Part shown: positions 1-9,058 of the stretch, in pieces
How the letters are laid out: each line of letters starts with the position of its first letter
How positions within the stretch are numbered: the first letter of the stretch is position 1
Source: Bacteroidota bacterium
GTDB lineage: Bacteria > Bacteroidota > Bacteroidia > Cytophagales > Cyclobacteriaceae
Direction of reading: 5' to 3'
Assembly: GCA_018266055.1 (NCBI GenBank)
Contig: JAFDYT010000004.1
Location: 112,893-176,892 of the forward strand
DNA: 64,000 bases
Notes under the pieces: model-generated
Told to the model about the DNA's origin: nothing
The model's database searches: none
Seen by the model: only the letters and a program-made list of their open reading frames with translations
Program-made: the position numbers and the translations under genes

Positions 1-848
1 TACAAGTTGATTTTAGCTTTTGAAATTCTAAACAGGTTAATGATCAATAAGAGTATGGGTACCCACACACCTAGGATAATCAGGTTTGGAAAAATGAGCA
101 GGTAATAAGGTGCTTTCGAAGGCGGTGACCACAAGGTGCGTTCATCAAAAGTTGATTGATCGACAATGGGTGTGCCAATGGGCGCAGTAACCAATGCCTT
201 TACTGTGCCATACGTTTCGCTTTCATTGAGCACTACCTCAAACGTCAATTCACTATTGATACCCGGCATGGGTGCATCTATCGGCACAATGATCGAACCG
301 TTTTCATCGGTCTCATAACTCTCCTCACCGATTGGAAGCGGAGCATACATCCGCTGCAACTGCACTTTCAGTGATTGTTTTGCCAGCGGCTGCCCCAATC
401 CATCGGTAAGCGTTGCACGGATTTGATTGATACTGTCAACCGCTTCAACAGCAGCCGATAGATTTGCATCGGATACTTTTATTTCTACTTCCGAATCTTC
501 ATAGGTAGGTTGGTTTTCTATTTTCACCACGTAAGTAAAAACCGCAGCTTCCGTTGTCTTTGTCAGGCTACTATCGTTCAAAACAAATTTTGTTTTCCCT
601 TCCGGATTCATGGTTGCCGCACCCAGGTAGAAGAGCGAGTCGTCAGGCATTTTTTTGTACACCTGAATCACAAGACCCGAAGCGGGTTCAAATCCGTTTT
701 CGCCTTTGTATTTAGCAGAAAGAGCGATGAAGGTTTCCCGGTTCATAACCTTTGTGTATTGAGCAGACATTCTCGCTTTATGTGTAGGGCTTTGAGCGAA
801 TGCCACATTTGCGAGAAGTAAAAAAAAGTAGATGAAATAAGTTCTCAT
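1..848 (-). CDS. Secreted or membrane-anchored protein of unknown function. Its 3' end runs off the window. Last visible gene of the efflux-redox operon.
   Basis: Absent from the ORF track because it has no stop in the window. Hand translation from ATG 848-846 gives MRTYFIYFFLLLANVAFAQSPTHK (signal peptide). The frame was checked codon by codon and is open to position 3. A hydrophobic helix YYLLIFPNLIILGVWVPILLLIINLF lies near the edge. Track ORFs 156..374 and 510..821 (+) are antisense shadows. Confidence 0.7.
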   Translation of the reverse strand, partial: MRTYFIYFFLLLANVAFAQSPTHKARMSAQYTKVMNRETFIALSAKYKGENGFEPASGLVIQVYKKMPDDSLFYLGAATMNPEGKTKFVLNDSSLTKTTEAAVFTYVVKIENQPTYEDSEVEIKVSDANLSAAVEAVDSINQIRATLTDGLGQPLAKQSLKVQLQRMYAPLPIGEESYETDENGSIIVPIDAPMPGINSELTFEVVLNESETYGTVKALVTAPIGTPIVDQSTFDERTLWSPPSKAPYYLLIFPNLIILGVWVPILLLIINLFRISKAKINL

Positions 849-851
849 GGA

Positions 852-2162
852 TTATATAGGTTCAGACGGTTTTGTCAATCCTCTTTCCTCGGCCGTTTCA
901 TAAATAGGAACAACGGGAAGAAATCGCACCAGCAAGGTGATGATCAGCAATGCACTCGCCAACGTAGCCGCAGTGATAGACCATTCCATCAGTGTGGGTG
1001 TGTAATGATGCCACGACTGAGGCACACCTTCAATGGGAAGGAATGGATGGCTAAGTGTAGGGATTACAATCAGGTAGCGTTTCCACCAGGCACCCAGCAC
1101 GACTGCCAGTGCCACCAGAAACAACGGAAGAGGTTTCCTGCCTTTGCGAAACAACAATATGATCACCGGAAGAATGAGTCCACCGATGATCACCGTCCAG
1201 AACAACCCTGCGTATTCTCCTTTGAATAAACTTTGAAGATGCATGGCCTCTTCTTCGGTGGATTTGTACGTGGGAATCAGGTACTCATTAATATTAAAAT
1301 ACAAATACAGCAGGCATAGCAGTACCAGCACTTTTCCCATTTTATCAAAATGATCGTCTGTGATATAATCCTCAAGGCTGTACAGTTTGCGAAGAACAAA
1401 CATCACCACCACCACTGCGCCAGATCCTGCTACAAATGCACCGGCAATAAAGTAGGGCCCGAAGTTGGTGCTGTCCCATCCCGGTCGGTAGGTAGTTTCA
1501 AACAGCCATGCCGTTACTGTGTGAATGGCAAACGCAACGGGGATGATCATAATAGATAAGGCCTGTAGCGATAGGGCGTGTATGCGAACTTGCTTTTCAT
1601 TGCCCGACCAGTTCAACGAAAGCCTGTCATACCATTTACTTAACCAGCCTTGTTGATCCGCGTGGCGTTTCAAAATGCTGAAATCGGGCAGTAGCGGATA
1701 GTACAACAATAGAAGGCTGATGACCAGGTAAGTTGTAATCACGATAACGTCCCAGAGGATGGGCGACTGAAGTCTGCCATGCAAGAATAAATTCAGAAGC
1801 CTATCAGGTCGGCCCATATCAATGATGATGGTAATGCCCGCCATGATGATGGCAGCGACAGCGATGATTTCTGCAATGCGCGTAAGCGGTGTGCTCCAAT
1901 GTACACCGGACAGTCGCAGGATGGCGGTGATCAACGAACCTACCAAACTCACGGCAACAAAGAAGACAAAATTGGAAATGTAAATGCCCCACAGCGCATA
2001 GTCTCGCATGCACGTTATAACCAATCCAGACTTAAGTTGCTGAACGTAGGAATACATTCCTGCGAGAATAACAACTACAAGAAAGGCAACCCAAGCATTT
2101 CCCTTCCAGCCAAATTTTTTTGGCGCTAGGTCATTGATCAGTTTTTCATAGGCTGTGTTCAT
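852..2162 (-). CDS. NrfD/PsrC-family polytopic membrane anchor (quinone-interacting) subunit
   Basis: 436 aa with about 10 hydrophobic helices. The N-terminal pattern WGIYISNFVFFVAVSLVGSL is typical of NrfD/PsrC. The start overlaps the stop of the upstream FeS gene (ATGA at 2159-2162). Confidence 0.8.
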   Translation of the reverse strand: MNTAYEKLINDLAPKKFGWKGNAWVAFLVVVILAGMYSYVQQLKSGLVITCMRDYALWGIYISNFVFFVAVSLVGSLITAILRLSGVHWSTPLTRIAEIIAVAAIIMAGITIIIDMGRPDRLLNLFLHGRLQSPILWDVIVITTYLVISLLLLYYPLLPDFSILKRHADQQGWLSKWYDRLSLNWSGNEKQVRIHALSLQALSIMIIPVAFAIHTVTAWLFETTYRPGWDSTNFGPYFIAGAFVAGSGAVVVVMFVLRKLYSLEDYITDDHFDKMGKVLVLLCLLYLYFNINEYLIPTYKSTEEEAMHLQSLFKGEYAGLFWTVIIGGLILPVIILLFRKGRKPLPLFLVALAVVLGAWWKRYLIVIPTLSHPFLPIEGVPQSWHHYTPTLMEWSITAATLASALLIITLLVRFLPVVPIYETAEERGLTKPSEPI

Positions 2163-3115
2163 GGCTCTTGTGGTTTATCGACTGATTGAAACTCAGTGTA
2201 ATTCTTCAGGCCTTCTTCGAAGTCAACTACTCTGTCGCTGGGTGGCAAATAATAGACACTCGGTTGCGTGCCCAGGTTTTCCATCAGCCGGTAGCCCGCG
2301 CGGTCTTTTAAAAGTTTACTCAGTTTGAAGGATTGACCGCTGCCGTTGGTCACGGTGTCTTCATACATATCGCCAAAACTGAACACATCATTGGGGCAAG
2401 CGCTCACACAATGCGGCAGCTCACCTTTGTCGATCATGTGTGGGCAGAAGTCACACTTATCTACCGTACCTTTTTGACTGGGTACACCAGCATAGTCAGG
2501 AGTATAGGCTGCTTCTTCAACATCCTTGCCTTGCCATGGCTCAGACCAATTGAACACCCGCACAGAATAAGGACACGCAGCCATGCAGAACCTGCAGCCG
2601 ATACATCGGTTGTTATCAATCAGCACAATGCCATCTCTTCGCTTGAACGTGGCATCCACCGGGCAAACCTTGACACAGGCTGGCTCATCGCAATGCTGAC
2701 ATAACGTAGGTTGCCAATACGGTGCAGACTTTTCAGATTCCTGCATCTTATAGATTTTGATCCACGCATTTTCTCCGGTGATGTAATGGTTTTTGTTGCA
2801 AGAGCTTTGGCACTTCCTGGCGTTTCGGCATTTAGCCAAATCAACCACCATCACAAATTTCCGGTTGGGAAATCCTTCGCGCGGATTGTAAGCCGATTTA
2901 CTTTCATGAGCATGCGAAACAGCCGAGGCCGGCACCTGCATCAACGTGCCATCGGTGGACATCAGCTCAACAGTTTCTGCTGATTCCGTACTTTCCGACT
3001 TTCCAAATACCTTGGTCAACAATGCTCCGCCCGCTGCGGTGAGTAAACCAAATTTCAAACCCTGCTCCACAAAGGTGCGCCTGGATTTCTGATCACTATT
3101 TTTTTCTTTTTCCAT
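2159..3115 (-). CDS. Tat-exported 4x[4Fe-4S] ferredoxin-type subunit (NrfC/PsrB/HybA-like)
   Basis: 318 aa. Twin-arginine leader SRRTFVEQGLKFGLLTAAGG. Cys clusters CRNARKCQSSC, CQHCDEPACVKVCP, CIGCRFCMAACP and CDFCPH...CVSACP. Confidence 0.85.
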   Translation of the reverse strand: MEKEKNSDQKSRRTFVEQGLKFGLLTAAGGALLTKVFGKSESTESAETVELMSTDGTLMQVPASAVSHAHESKSAYNPREGFPNRKFVMVVDLAKCRNARKCQSSCNKNHYITGENAWIKIYKMQESEKSAPYWQPTLCQHCDEPACVKVCPVDATFKRRDGIVLIDNNRCIGCRFCMAACPYSVRVFNWSEPWQGKDVEEAAYTPDYAGVPSQKGTVDKCDFCPHMIDKGELPHCVSACPNDVFSFGDMYEDTVTNGSGQSFKLSKLLKDRAGYRLMENLGTQPSVYYLPPSDRVVDFEEGLKNYTEFQSVDKPQEP

Positions 3116-3121
3116 AGGTTC

Positions 3122-3379
3122 CTATTTTGAAAAAGCTTTTGGTTTTAGCCAACTCAGCAGCGACTGGTTCGACATTTTTTGTTCAACGACCTTCGCATTT
3201 TTCAACTCGCTTGTTCGCACTTTTACAGCCTTGCCCTCTGCGGTAAGCATGGTTGTGAATTCGGTATCCTCCACTTTATCATCGGAAGGATTTGCCGGCA
3301 GTTTCCCTGCAACGCTCAGGAATGGGAGCGTGAGGCCTGCACCTAAAAATTTTCTTCGGGAGAGTGGATCGTTTTTCAT
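3122..3379 (-). CDS. Small Tat-signal protein of unknown function
   Basis: 85 aa. Leader SRRKFLGAGLTLPFLSVAG. The predicted mature part has no Cys or His. It sits 6 nt upstream of the FeS gene. Confidence 0.6.
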   Translation of the reverse strand: MKNDPLSRRKFLGAGLTLPFLSVAGKLPANPSDDKVEDTEFTTMLTAEGKAVKVRTSELKNAKVVEQKMSNQSLLSWLKPKAFSK

Positions 3380-3474
3380 GTGTTAATATTTATTTTTTAA
3401 GGTCACATGGAATGGCCGGATTATCATACCGTTGTGTGAGGAGCATCTTAATGGCCATTTCATGGGATTCATTT

Positions 3475-4314
3475 TTAAAAATTCCAAAGTCGGTTGATGT
3501 TGAATCCAATCAGGAATTGTCTTTCGGAGAGTTTATTTTCATTCAGGAAGTAATTGGCTTGTGGTAAAATGCGATTGTAGTTGCTCACAAAAACCTGAAA
3601 TGCGTGCGAGCCAGTTGACATTTCTATGCCAAGTGCCAGCCCAGGGTTACTCGAAAAATCACCAAAGGGTTGATTATAGTCGATGATGATTGCAGTCTTG
3701 TCGCTGATATTTGCTTTTCCACCCACAGCCAATGCAAACACATTGTTTGAAACGGAAGGATCGACAAGGTTGTAGTGCGCGAAACTGGGAGCAACCTGAA
3801 GTGATATGGCTTGGTTAAATCTTCTCATAATCAACAGTTGACCGAAATAAGAAAAACGATTGGATTCTTTGGGGAAGAAGGAAGCCGATCTTGCATCAAT
3901 GGCCGTGTTGCCATAAAAGGCGATGCTGACCGGTACTTTACCCGACCGCGTCTGGCGGATCAAACCCACTTTGATATTAAAATCCTGCAAGCGATAATCC
4001 TTGGTGGTACCAAACCCGATGGTGATGCGATCGGAAATGGAGTAAGCGAGCGCTAGCCGGATATTGGATGGCCCCCAAAAACCAGCTAAGTCATTGTTGC
4101 CACTGTTGATTAAACCAAAGCGATGTTGAATATCGAACTGCAACGTCTTCTTTGGGTTGAGAACACCCGTGACGTTGTCAATCAACCATGCACTTTGAAA
4201 GGCATTGCGCTGAGGTTTATCTTTTTTTTCTGCCAGTGAGTCGGCTTCCTGTGCAAACAGATTGTGAGACAATACTAAAAGAAGAATGAAAGAAAATGTA
4301 TTGAAGCGTTTCAT
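3475..4314 (-). CDS. Small outer-membrane beta-barrel protein (family not recognised)
   Basis: 279 aa. Signal peptide MKRFNTFSFILLLVLSHNLFAQ, alternating amphipathic strands, and a C-terminal NINRLWNF ending in an aromatic residue. Confidence 0.65.
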   Translation of the reverse strand: MKRFNTFSFILLLVLSHNLFAQEADSLAEKKDKPQRNAFQSAWLIDNVTGVLNPKKTLQFDIQHRFGLINSGNNDLAGFWGPSNIRLALAYSISDRITIGFGTTKDYRLQDFNIKVGLIRQTRSGKVPVSIAFYGNTAIDARSASFFPKESNRFSYFGQLLIMRRFNQAISLQVAPSFAHYNLVDPSVSNNVFALAVGGKANISDKTAIIIDYNQPFGDFSSNPGLALGIEMSTGSHAFQVFVSNYNRILPQANYFLNENKLSERQFLIGFNINRLWNF

Positions 4315-4334
4315 GATTGTATTATTTTAGTTTA

Positions 4335-4775
4335 TTAATTGTTTTGAGCACCTTCATCGATCCACTTTTTAATGAGCCCAATTTGCAAGGGCGAAAGAGG
4401 CATTGCGGGAGGCATATTTTTACCATCCGCGCTTTTCCACTGTAGCATCTCTACAAGTTCACTACCCTCGGAATCGCCCGGAACGATTCCTTTCCCATCG
4501 TCCAATAGAGAACTGAAGGCAACCTCCTTTCGCAAATCGGGGTTTACATTGCCGGGATTGTGACATCCGGCACATTGCCCGCTTAGAATTGGTTGAATGT
4601 CCAAGGCAAAAGAAACATTGTCTTTTACCGGTACTGATAGCTCGGGCGTTATTTTGTCATTGTCACACGCAGTGAGTAAAAAGCCTAAAGCCAGTGCTGA
4701 AGGCAAAATGATTTTGGTTGACGGTTTCATTTGTTTTGTATTTAGATTTATAAATCGTTTTATCGTTGTGTCCAT
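4335..4775 (-). CDS. Lipoprotein with a single c-type haem motif (cytochrome c domain)
   Basis: 146 aa. CAGCH haem-binding motif (SGQCAGCHNPG). Lipobox LLTAC. The likelier start is the internal MKPSTKIILPS at 4730. Confidence 0.7.
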   Translation of the reverse strand: MDTTIKRFINLNTKQMKPSTKIILPSALALGFLLTACDNDKITPELSVPVKDNVSFALDIQPILSGQCAGCHNPGNVNPDLRKEVAFSSLLDDGKGIVPGDSEGSELVEMLQWKSADGKNMPPAMPLSPLQIGLIKKWIDEGAQNN

Positions 4776-4797
4776 GTTTTATATAAGGTGGCGGTTC

Positions 4798-5898
4798 TCA
4801 CATTTTCATCCCACTCATCGCACCGCCACCTTGTTTTACTTTCCATGCGCTGTTTAGCAGAAAACCACCACGGGTCACTATCTTGTCGCCCGGTGATAGT
4901 CCGCTGAGTATTTCCACTTCGCGTTTGTTCTGAATGCCAATGTCCACCATGTGTTGTTCGAACATGCCGTCACTGGTTTCCACCCAAACGATTACGTTGT
5001 TTTCCAAAAGCAAGGCAGACTTGGGAATGACCAGGGTCTCTTTTCGGTTGCGCTTCAAGTACACATACGCCATCAGGCCAGGCTTATAATTTCCTTTCTG
5101 ATTGTTAACTTTGATGCGCATGAGATTGATCTTCGTGTTGTCCTCCAATCGCGGGTTATCGTACACAATCTCACCTTTGATGCGTTCGCCCGGAAAAGCT
5201 TCAAACTCCACTTCAAGTGTTGGTGACTGTCTTAGGTAATTGATTTCACTGCTGTACAATTGGGCTTCGATCCACAAACTACTTAAGTCTGCCAGCCTGA
5301 ACATGGGGCTACCGATCTCAACGTACTCACCCTCGCGCACGAGCAGGTCTGATAAATACCCACTGCGGTTAGAGTAGAAGGTGATCAGTGGAGAAATGCT
5401 TTTCGTCTTTTCAAGCTCGTTGATTTGTTTTTCCGTCAGCGTCCAAAGCTCAAGGCGTCTCCGGGCTGCTTCGACCATTCTTTGGGTAATCTCTTTTTGA
5501 GTAGTAGCTTTTTTATTTTCATCGATGGCCAGCAGGTATTCGTTTTCGTATGACAACAGTTCTTCGCTATAGATACTGTATAGTGGATCTCTGGTTTTTA
5601 CGAATGTGCCAGGGTTGCGCACAAATAGTTTGTCGACTCTGCCCTTTACACGGGAGCTGACTAGGTTGATGTTCCGTTCATCCACCGCTGCGGTGCCAAT
5701 CAAGGTTGTCTCTTCAAAGATTGTTTTGATTTGCGCATTGTCGATCTGAATGTTAGCCACGACTCTTTCCTGATCGGTTAACGAAAGCATCGCTTCATGC
5801 GCATCGCCATGTCCTTCGTGCGACTGTTCTGGTTTCTGTCTACAGGAGGCCGAGAGGGCGAGAATCAATAGGGTTATATAAATCGCATATCGTTGCAT
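4798..5898 (-). CDS. RND efflux periplasmic adaptor (MFP, CusB-like), lipoprotein
   Basis: 366 aa. Lipobox LALSASC, N-terminal HEGHGDAHE, hairpin/lipoyl/beta-barrel adaptor pattern, and a Met-rich tail GGGAMSGMKM. Confidence 0.8.
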   Translation of the reverse strand: MQRYAIYITLLILALSASCRQKPEQSHEGHGDAHEAMLSLTDQERVVANIQIDNAQIKTIFEETTLIGTAAVDERNINLVSSRVKGRVDKLFVRNPGTFVKTRDPLYSIYSEELLSYENEYLLAIDENKKATTQKEITQRMVEAARRRLELWTLTEKQINELEKTKSISPLITFYSNRSGYLSDLLVREGEYVEIGSPMFRLADLSSLWIEAQLYSSEINYLRQSPTLEVEFEAFPGERIKGEIVYDNPRLEDNTKINLMRIKVNNQKGNYKPGLMAYVYLKRNRKETLVIPKSALLLENNVIVWVETSDGMFEQHMVDIGIQNKREVEILSGLSPGDKIVTRGGFLLNSAWKVKQGGGAMSGMKM

Positions 5899-5901
5899 AA
5901 C

Positions 5902-7137
5902 TCACTCGGGTTTAACCAAACTTTCACGATCCATTAAGTAACCGGCATCCAGCGCCACCTCATCATCAGCCTCTAAGCCACTCAGTACAGCTACACGTCC
6001 TAGCGAAACCGGACCAAGCCTCACGAACCTGATTTCCAAAATGTGAGTACCTTCTTCGGTTTGCCCCACTTTTTTCCATACGGCCTGCCTTCCACCCAAA
6101 TACAGAATGCTGGTTGCAGGCAACGTCAACGACTCTTTTGTTTTTGGGTAGATGGTAGCTTCCAATAGCGAATTGATACGGAGGTTTCTATCTCCATTTG
6201 ATAGATACACTCGAACCTGAATGAACTTCTGACCTGTGGCATATTGTGGCTCGATGTATCGCACAATGGTCTTTATCGGTTTGTCAGGAGCCAACTCGCT
6301 CACCATTGTTATACTGTCGTTCATCGCTATTTCATCCTGATGAAGGTTGTCCACGGATAGAATACCCCACACCTCACGAAGGTCATTGATCCAAAAGAGC
6401 GTTTGCCCTGGCGAAACGTATGCTCCTTCACGGACTGGTCCGGACGCTGAAGTTGTAGAAGATGAAGTCTGCTGTTTTTGTTGGGAACCCGAACCCATGC
6501 CACCACCCATTTTACTTCCTGCTGAAGAAGTCATTGCTGTTCCCGTTGGGGGCATTTGGGTTGATGGGGAATAAAAAATATATCCGTCATACAGACTGTA
6601 GATGGAAAGTGTAAAGAGCGTTTTACCCGATTCGATAATTTGTTTTATTTGAGCATCGGTTATTCCAAGCAGTTTAAGTTTGTGAGCTGCATGTTTTGTA
6701 ATTTCACCTTCAGGGTCAACTCTATGTGCATACAGTAGTTCTTCCTGATTGGTGTTAAGGTCGGGGCTGTATAGTTCCAGTATTTTATCGCCTTTGCGCA
6801 CAAATTGATTTTCATATTTTACATAAAGCTTTTCGATGCGGCCACCCACCCGTGCTGCTACTTGGTTACTCCTGCGTTCATCAAGGGCAATAAATCCATA
6901 CGCGTTAACCGGACTTGATTGAAGTTGCTTTACCGGCTTTACTAACGCCTGGCTTGAAATAACTTTCCGGTTAGTTGGTTCCGCTGAAATGGAAAGCGCT
7001 TTTTGGCCTGCTTCATCTTGCGGATGGGTTCCATGTTTGCTGTGCTGATCGGGCGATTCTTTTTTACACCCGTAAAAGAGTATGGATAAACCGACCATTA
7101 TATATAGCGTGATTTTTTTCATGATGTTATTCTTCAA
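5902..7137 (-). CDS. RND efflux periplasmic adaptor (MFP, CusB-like), second paralogue
   Basis: 411 aa. Lipobox ILFYGC. Internal low-complexity insert GSKMGGGMGSGSQQKQQTSSSTTSASG. It overlaps the pump gene by 11 nt. Confidence 0.8.
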   Translation of the reverse strand: MKNNIMKKITLYIMVGLSILFYGCKKESPDQHSKHGTHPQDEAGQKALSISAEPTNRKVISSQALVKPVKQLQSSPVNAYGFIALDERRSNQVAARVGGRIEKLYVKYENQFVRKGDKILELYSPDLNTNQEELLYAHRVDPEGEITKHAAHKLKLLGITDAQIKQIIESGKTLFTLSIYSLYDGYIFYSPSTQMPPTGTAMTSSAGSKMGGGMGSGSQQKQQTSSSTTSASGPVREGAYVSPGQTLFWINDLREVWGILSVDNLHQDEIAMNDSITMVSELAPDKPIKTIVRYIEPQYATGQKFIQVRVYLSNGDRNLRINSLLEATIYPKTKESLTLPATSILYLGGRQAVWKKVGQTEEGTHILEIRFVRLGPVSLGRVAVLSGLEADDEVALDAGYLMDRESLVKPE

Positions 7138-9058
7138 TATCCAATACTTTGAGTGTTCCGGTTTTTTTCAATTCATATTCCCTCACCACCTGGTAGAATA
7201 CCGGCAGCACCACTAGCACGAAAATGGTAGAAGAGACCAAGCCGAACACAAACGGTATGGCAATAGGCTTCATCACATCACTGCCTGTGCCTGTAGAGAT
7301 GAGTATCGGGATTAATCCCAGGATGTTAGCCAGTACGGTCATCAGCAACGGCCTTACGCGTGGCACTGCGCCTTCGAAAATGGAGTCTTGCAAGTTTTGT
7401 CTATTGATGGACTCATTGGCAGCCTTCTTACTTTCCACTAGTCGTTTGATAGAATCATTCATGTAGGCGATCATCAAAACCCCCGTCTCTACAGCTACTC
7501 CGAACAAGGCGATAAATCCCACCGCTACTGCTACAGAAAAGTTTACGTTATAGAAGTACAAAGAGTAAACTCCGCCAACCAAGGCAACCGGTACGCTGAC
7601 AAACACAATGATTACTTCACGAAATGTGTGGAACGTGATGTATAAAATAATTCCGATAACCAACAGCGTAATGGGGATGATGATCATCAATCGTCTTTCG
7701 GCACGCACCTGGTTTTCGTACTGGCCGCTCCATTGGATATAGTAACCTTTGGGGAGTTTTTTAAATTGAGTATCGATTTTTGCTTTTGCTTCATTTACAA
7801 CGCTTCCCATATCGCGGCCCCGCACATTGAACAACACCGTTCCGCGAAGCCTCGTGTTTTCCGAATTGATCATGGGTGGCCCTTCTACTACTGAGATAGT
7901 GGCCAGTGCAGATAGGGGAACAACACCGTACGAGGCTGTTTGCACCGGCACACGCTTGATCTCATCGAGGTCGTTTCTGTAATCTTGTGCGAGTCTGACT
8001 GTAATAGTAAAACGCTCTCGTCCTTCAACTGTGTTTGTGAGGATCATACCACCCAAAGCCATTTCAATAACCATGTTCACATCTTCTATGCTGAGTGCAT
8101 AGCGGGCAATTGCTTCCCGGTTGATTTTTATATTGAGGTATTTCCCACCGGTGAGTTGCTCTAGATAGAGATCGGTTAGTCCGTCAATACCTCTTAGCGC
8201 TTTTTCAATTTCGGCCGTGAGGATGAATAGAGAGTCGAGGTTTGATCCGAATACCTTTACTCCAACATCCGTGCGGATGCCAGTAGAAAGCATGTTGATC
8301 CGGTTTATGATTGGCTGTGTCCATCCCACCACCACCCCGGGAATACGAACGCGCTCGTTCATCTCCGCGATGAGCTTTTCTTTCGTCATCCCTTCTCTCC
8401 ATTTTGATTTTGGTTTGAGCACCACAATGGTTTCAATCATGGACATGGGAGAGTTGTCGGTGGCTGTGTACGCACGGCCTGCCTTGCCCAATACATTTTC
8501 TACTTCGGGGATACTTTTTAATATGCGATCCTGTATTTGTATTATTCGTTTAGCTTCCGCGTTGGAAACATCAGGTAAGGTGACGGGCATCATCAGTAAC
8601 GAACCTTCATCCAGTGGTGGCATGAACTCGGTGCCAAGATTGAGTACAAAAGGAGTGCTGCCAGCAACCAGTACAAAGCAGATTGCGAGTGTTACATACT
8701 TAAATCGCTGGCACAGGCGTATAACCGGTGTATAAATCCTCACAAAGAAGTTCGACACCGGATTGCGGCTCTCCGGTACTAACCGTCCTTTTACAAATAC
8801 CCTCGCCAGCATGGGCGATACGGTGATGGCCAACAAGGCCGCACCCAGCAGCGAAAATGTTTTGGTCAATACCAACGGAGAAAATAATTTGCTTTCTTGG
8901 CCTGTGAGGAAAAGAACCGGGGCAAATGAGACGATCATAATGATCACCGAGAAGAAGATAGATCGTCCAACAGTTTTGGATGACTCTTCTATAATGGCCA
9001 CACGCTCTTCATCAGAAATTTCCCGCGTGTTCCCAATTCGTTGTTTACTTGTTGCCAT
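7127..9058 (-). CDS. cusA: CusA/CzcA-family heavy-metal RND pump, C-terminal fragment (TM5-TM12) of a frameshifted gene
   Basis: 643 aa, collinear with the CusA region that starts at the TM4-TM5 cytoplasmic loop (FFSVIIMIVSFAPVLFLTGQESKLF ... VRPLLMTVLANILGLIPIL). Confidence 0.85.
   Translation of the reverse strand: MATSKQRIGNTREISDEERVAIIEESSKTVGRSIFFSVIIMIVSFAPVLFLTGQESKLFSPLVLTKTFSLLGAALLAITVSPMLARVFVKGRLVPESRNPVSNFFVRIYTPVIRLCQRFKYVTLAICFVLVAGSTPFVLNLGTEFMPPLDEGSLLMMPVTLPDVSNAEAKRIIQIQDRILKSIPEVENVLGKAGRAYTATDNSPMSMIETIVVLKPKSKWREGMTKEKLIAEMNERVRIPGVVVGWTQPIINRINMLSTGIRTDVGVKVFGSNLDSLFILTAEIEKALRGIDGLTDLYLEQLTGGKYLNIKINREAIARYALSIEDVNMVIEMALGGMILTNTVEGRERFTITVRLAQDYRNDLDEIKRVPVQTASYGVVPLSALATISVVEGPPMINSENTRLRGTVLFNVRGRDMGSVVNEAKAKIDTQFKKLPKGYYIQWSGQYENQVRAERRLMIIIPITLLVIGIILYITFHTFREVIIVFVSVPVALVGGVYSLYFYNVNFSVAVAVGFIALFGVAVETGVLMIAYMNDSIKRLVESKKAANESINRQNLQDSIFEGAVPRVRPLLMTVLANILGLIPILISTGTGSDVMKPIAIPFVFGLVSSTIFVLVVLPVFYQVVREYELKKTGTLKVLDIEE

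Noticed and set aside
156-821. Track ORFs 156..374 and 510..821 on the + strand
   Set aside because: They lie antisense to a minus-strand frame that I verified as open from ATG 848 to the window edge and that has a clean signal peptide. I treat them as shadow ORFs.
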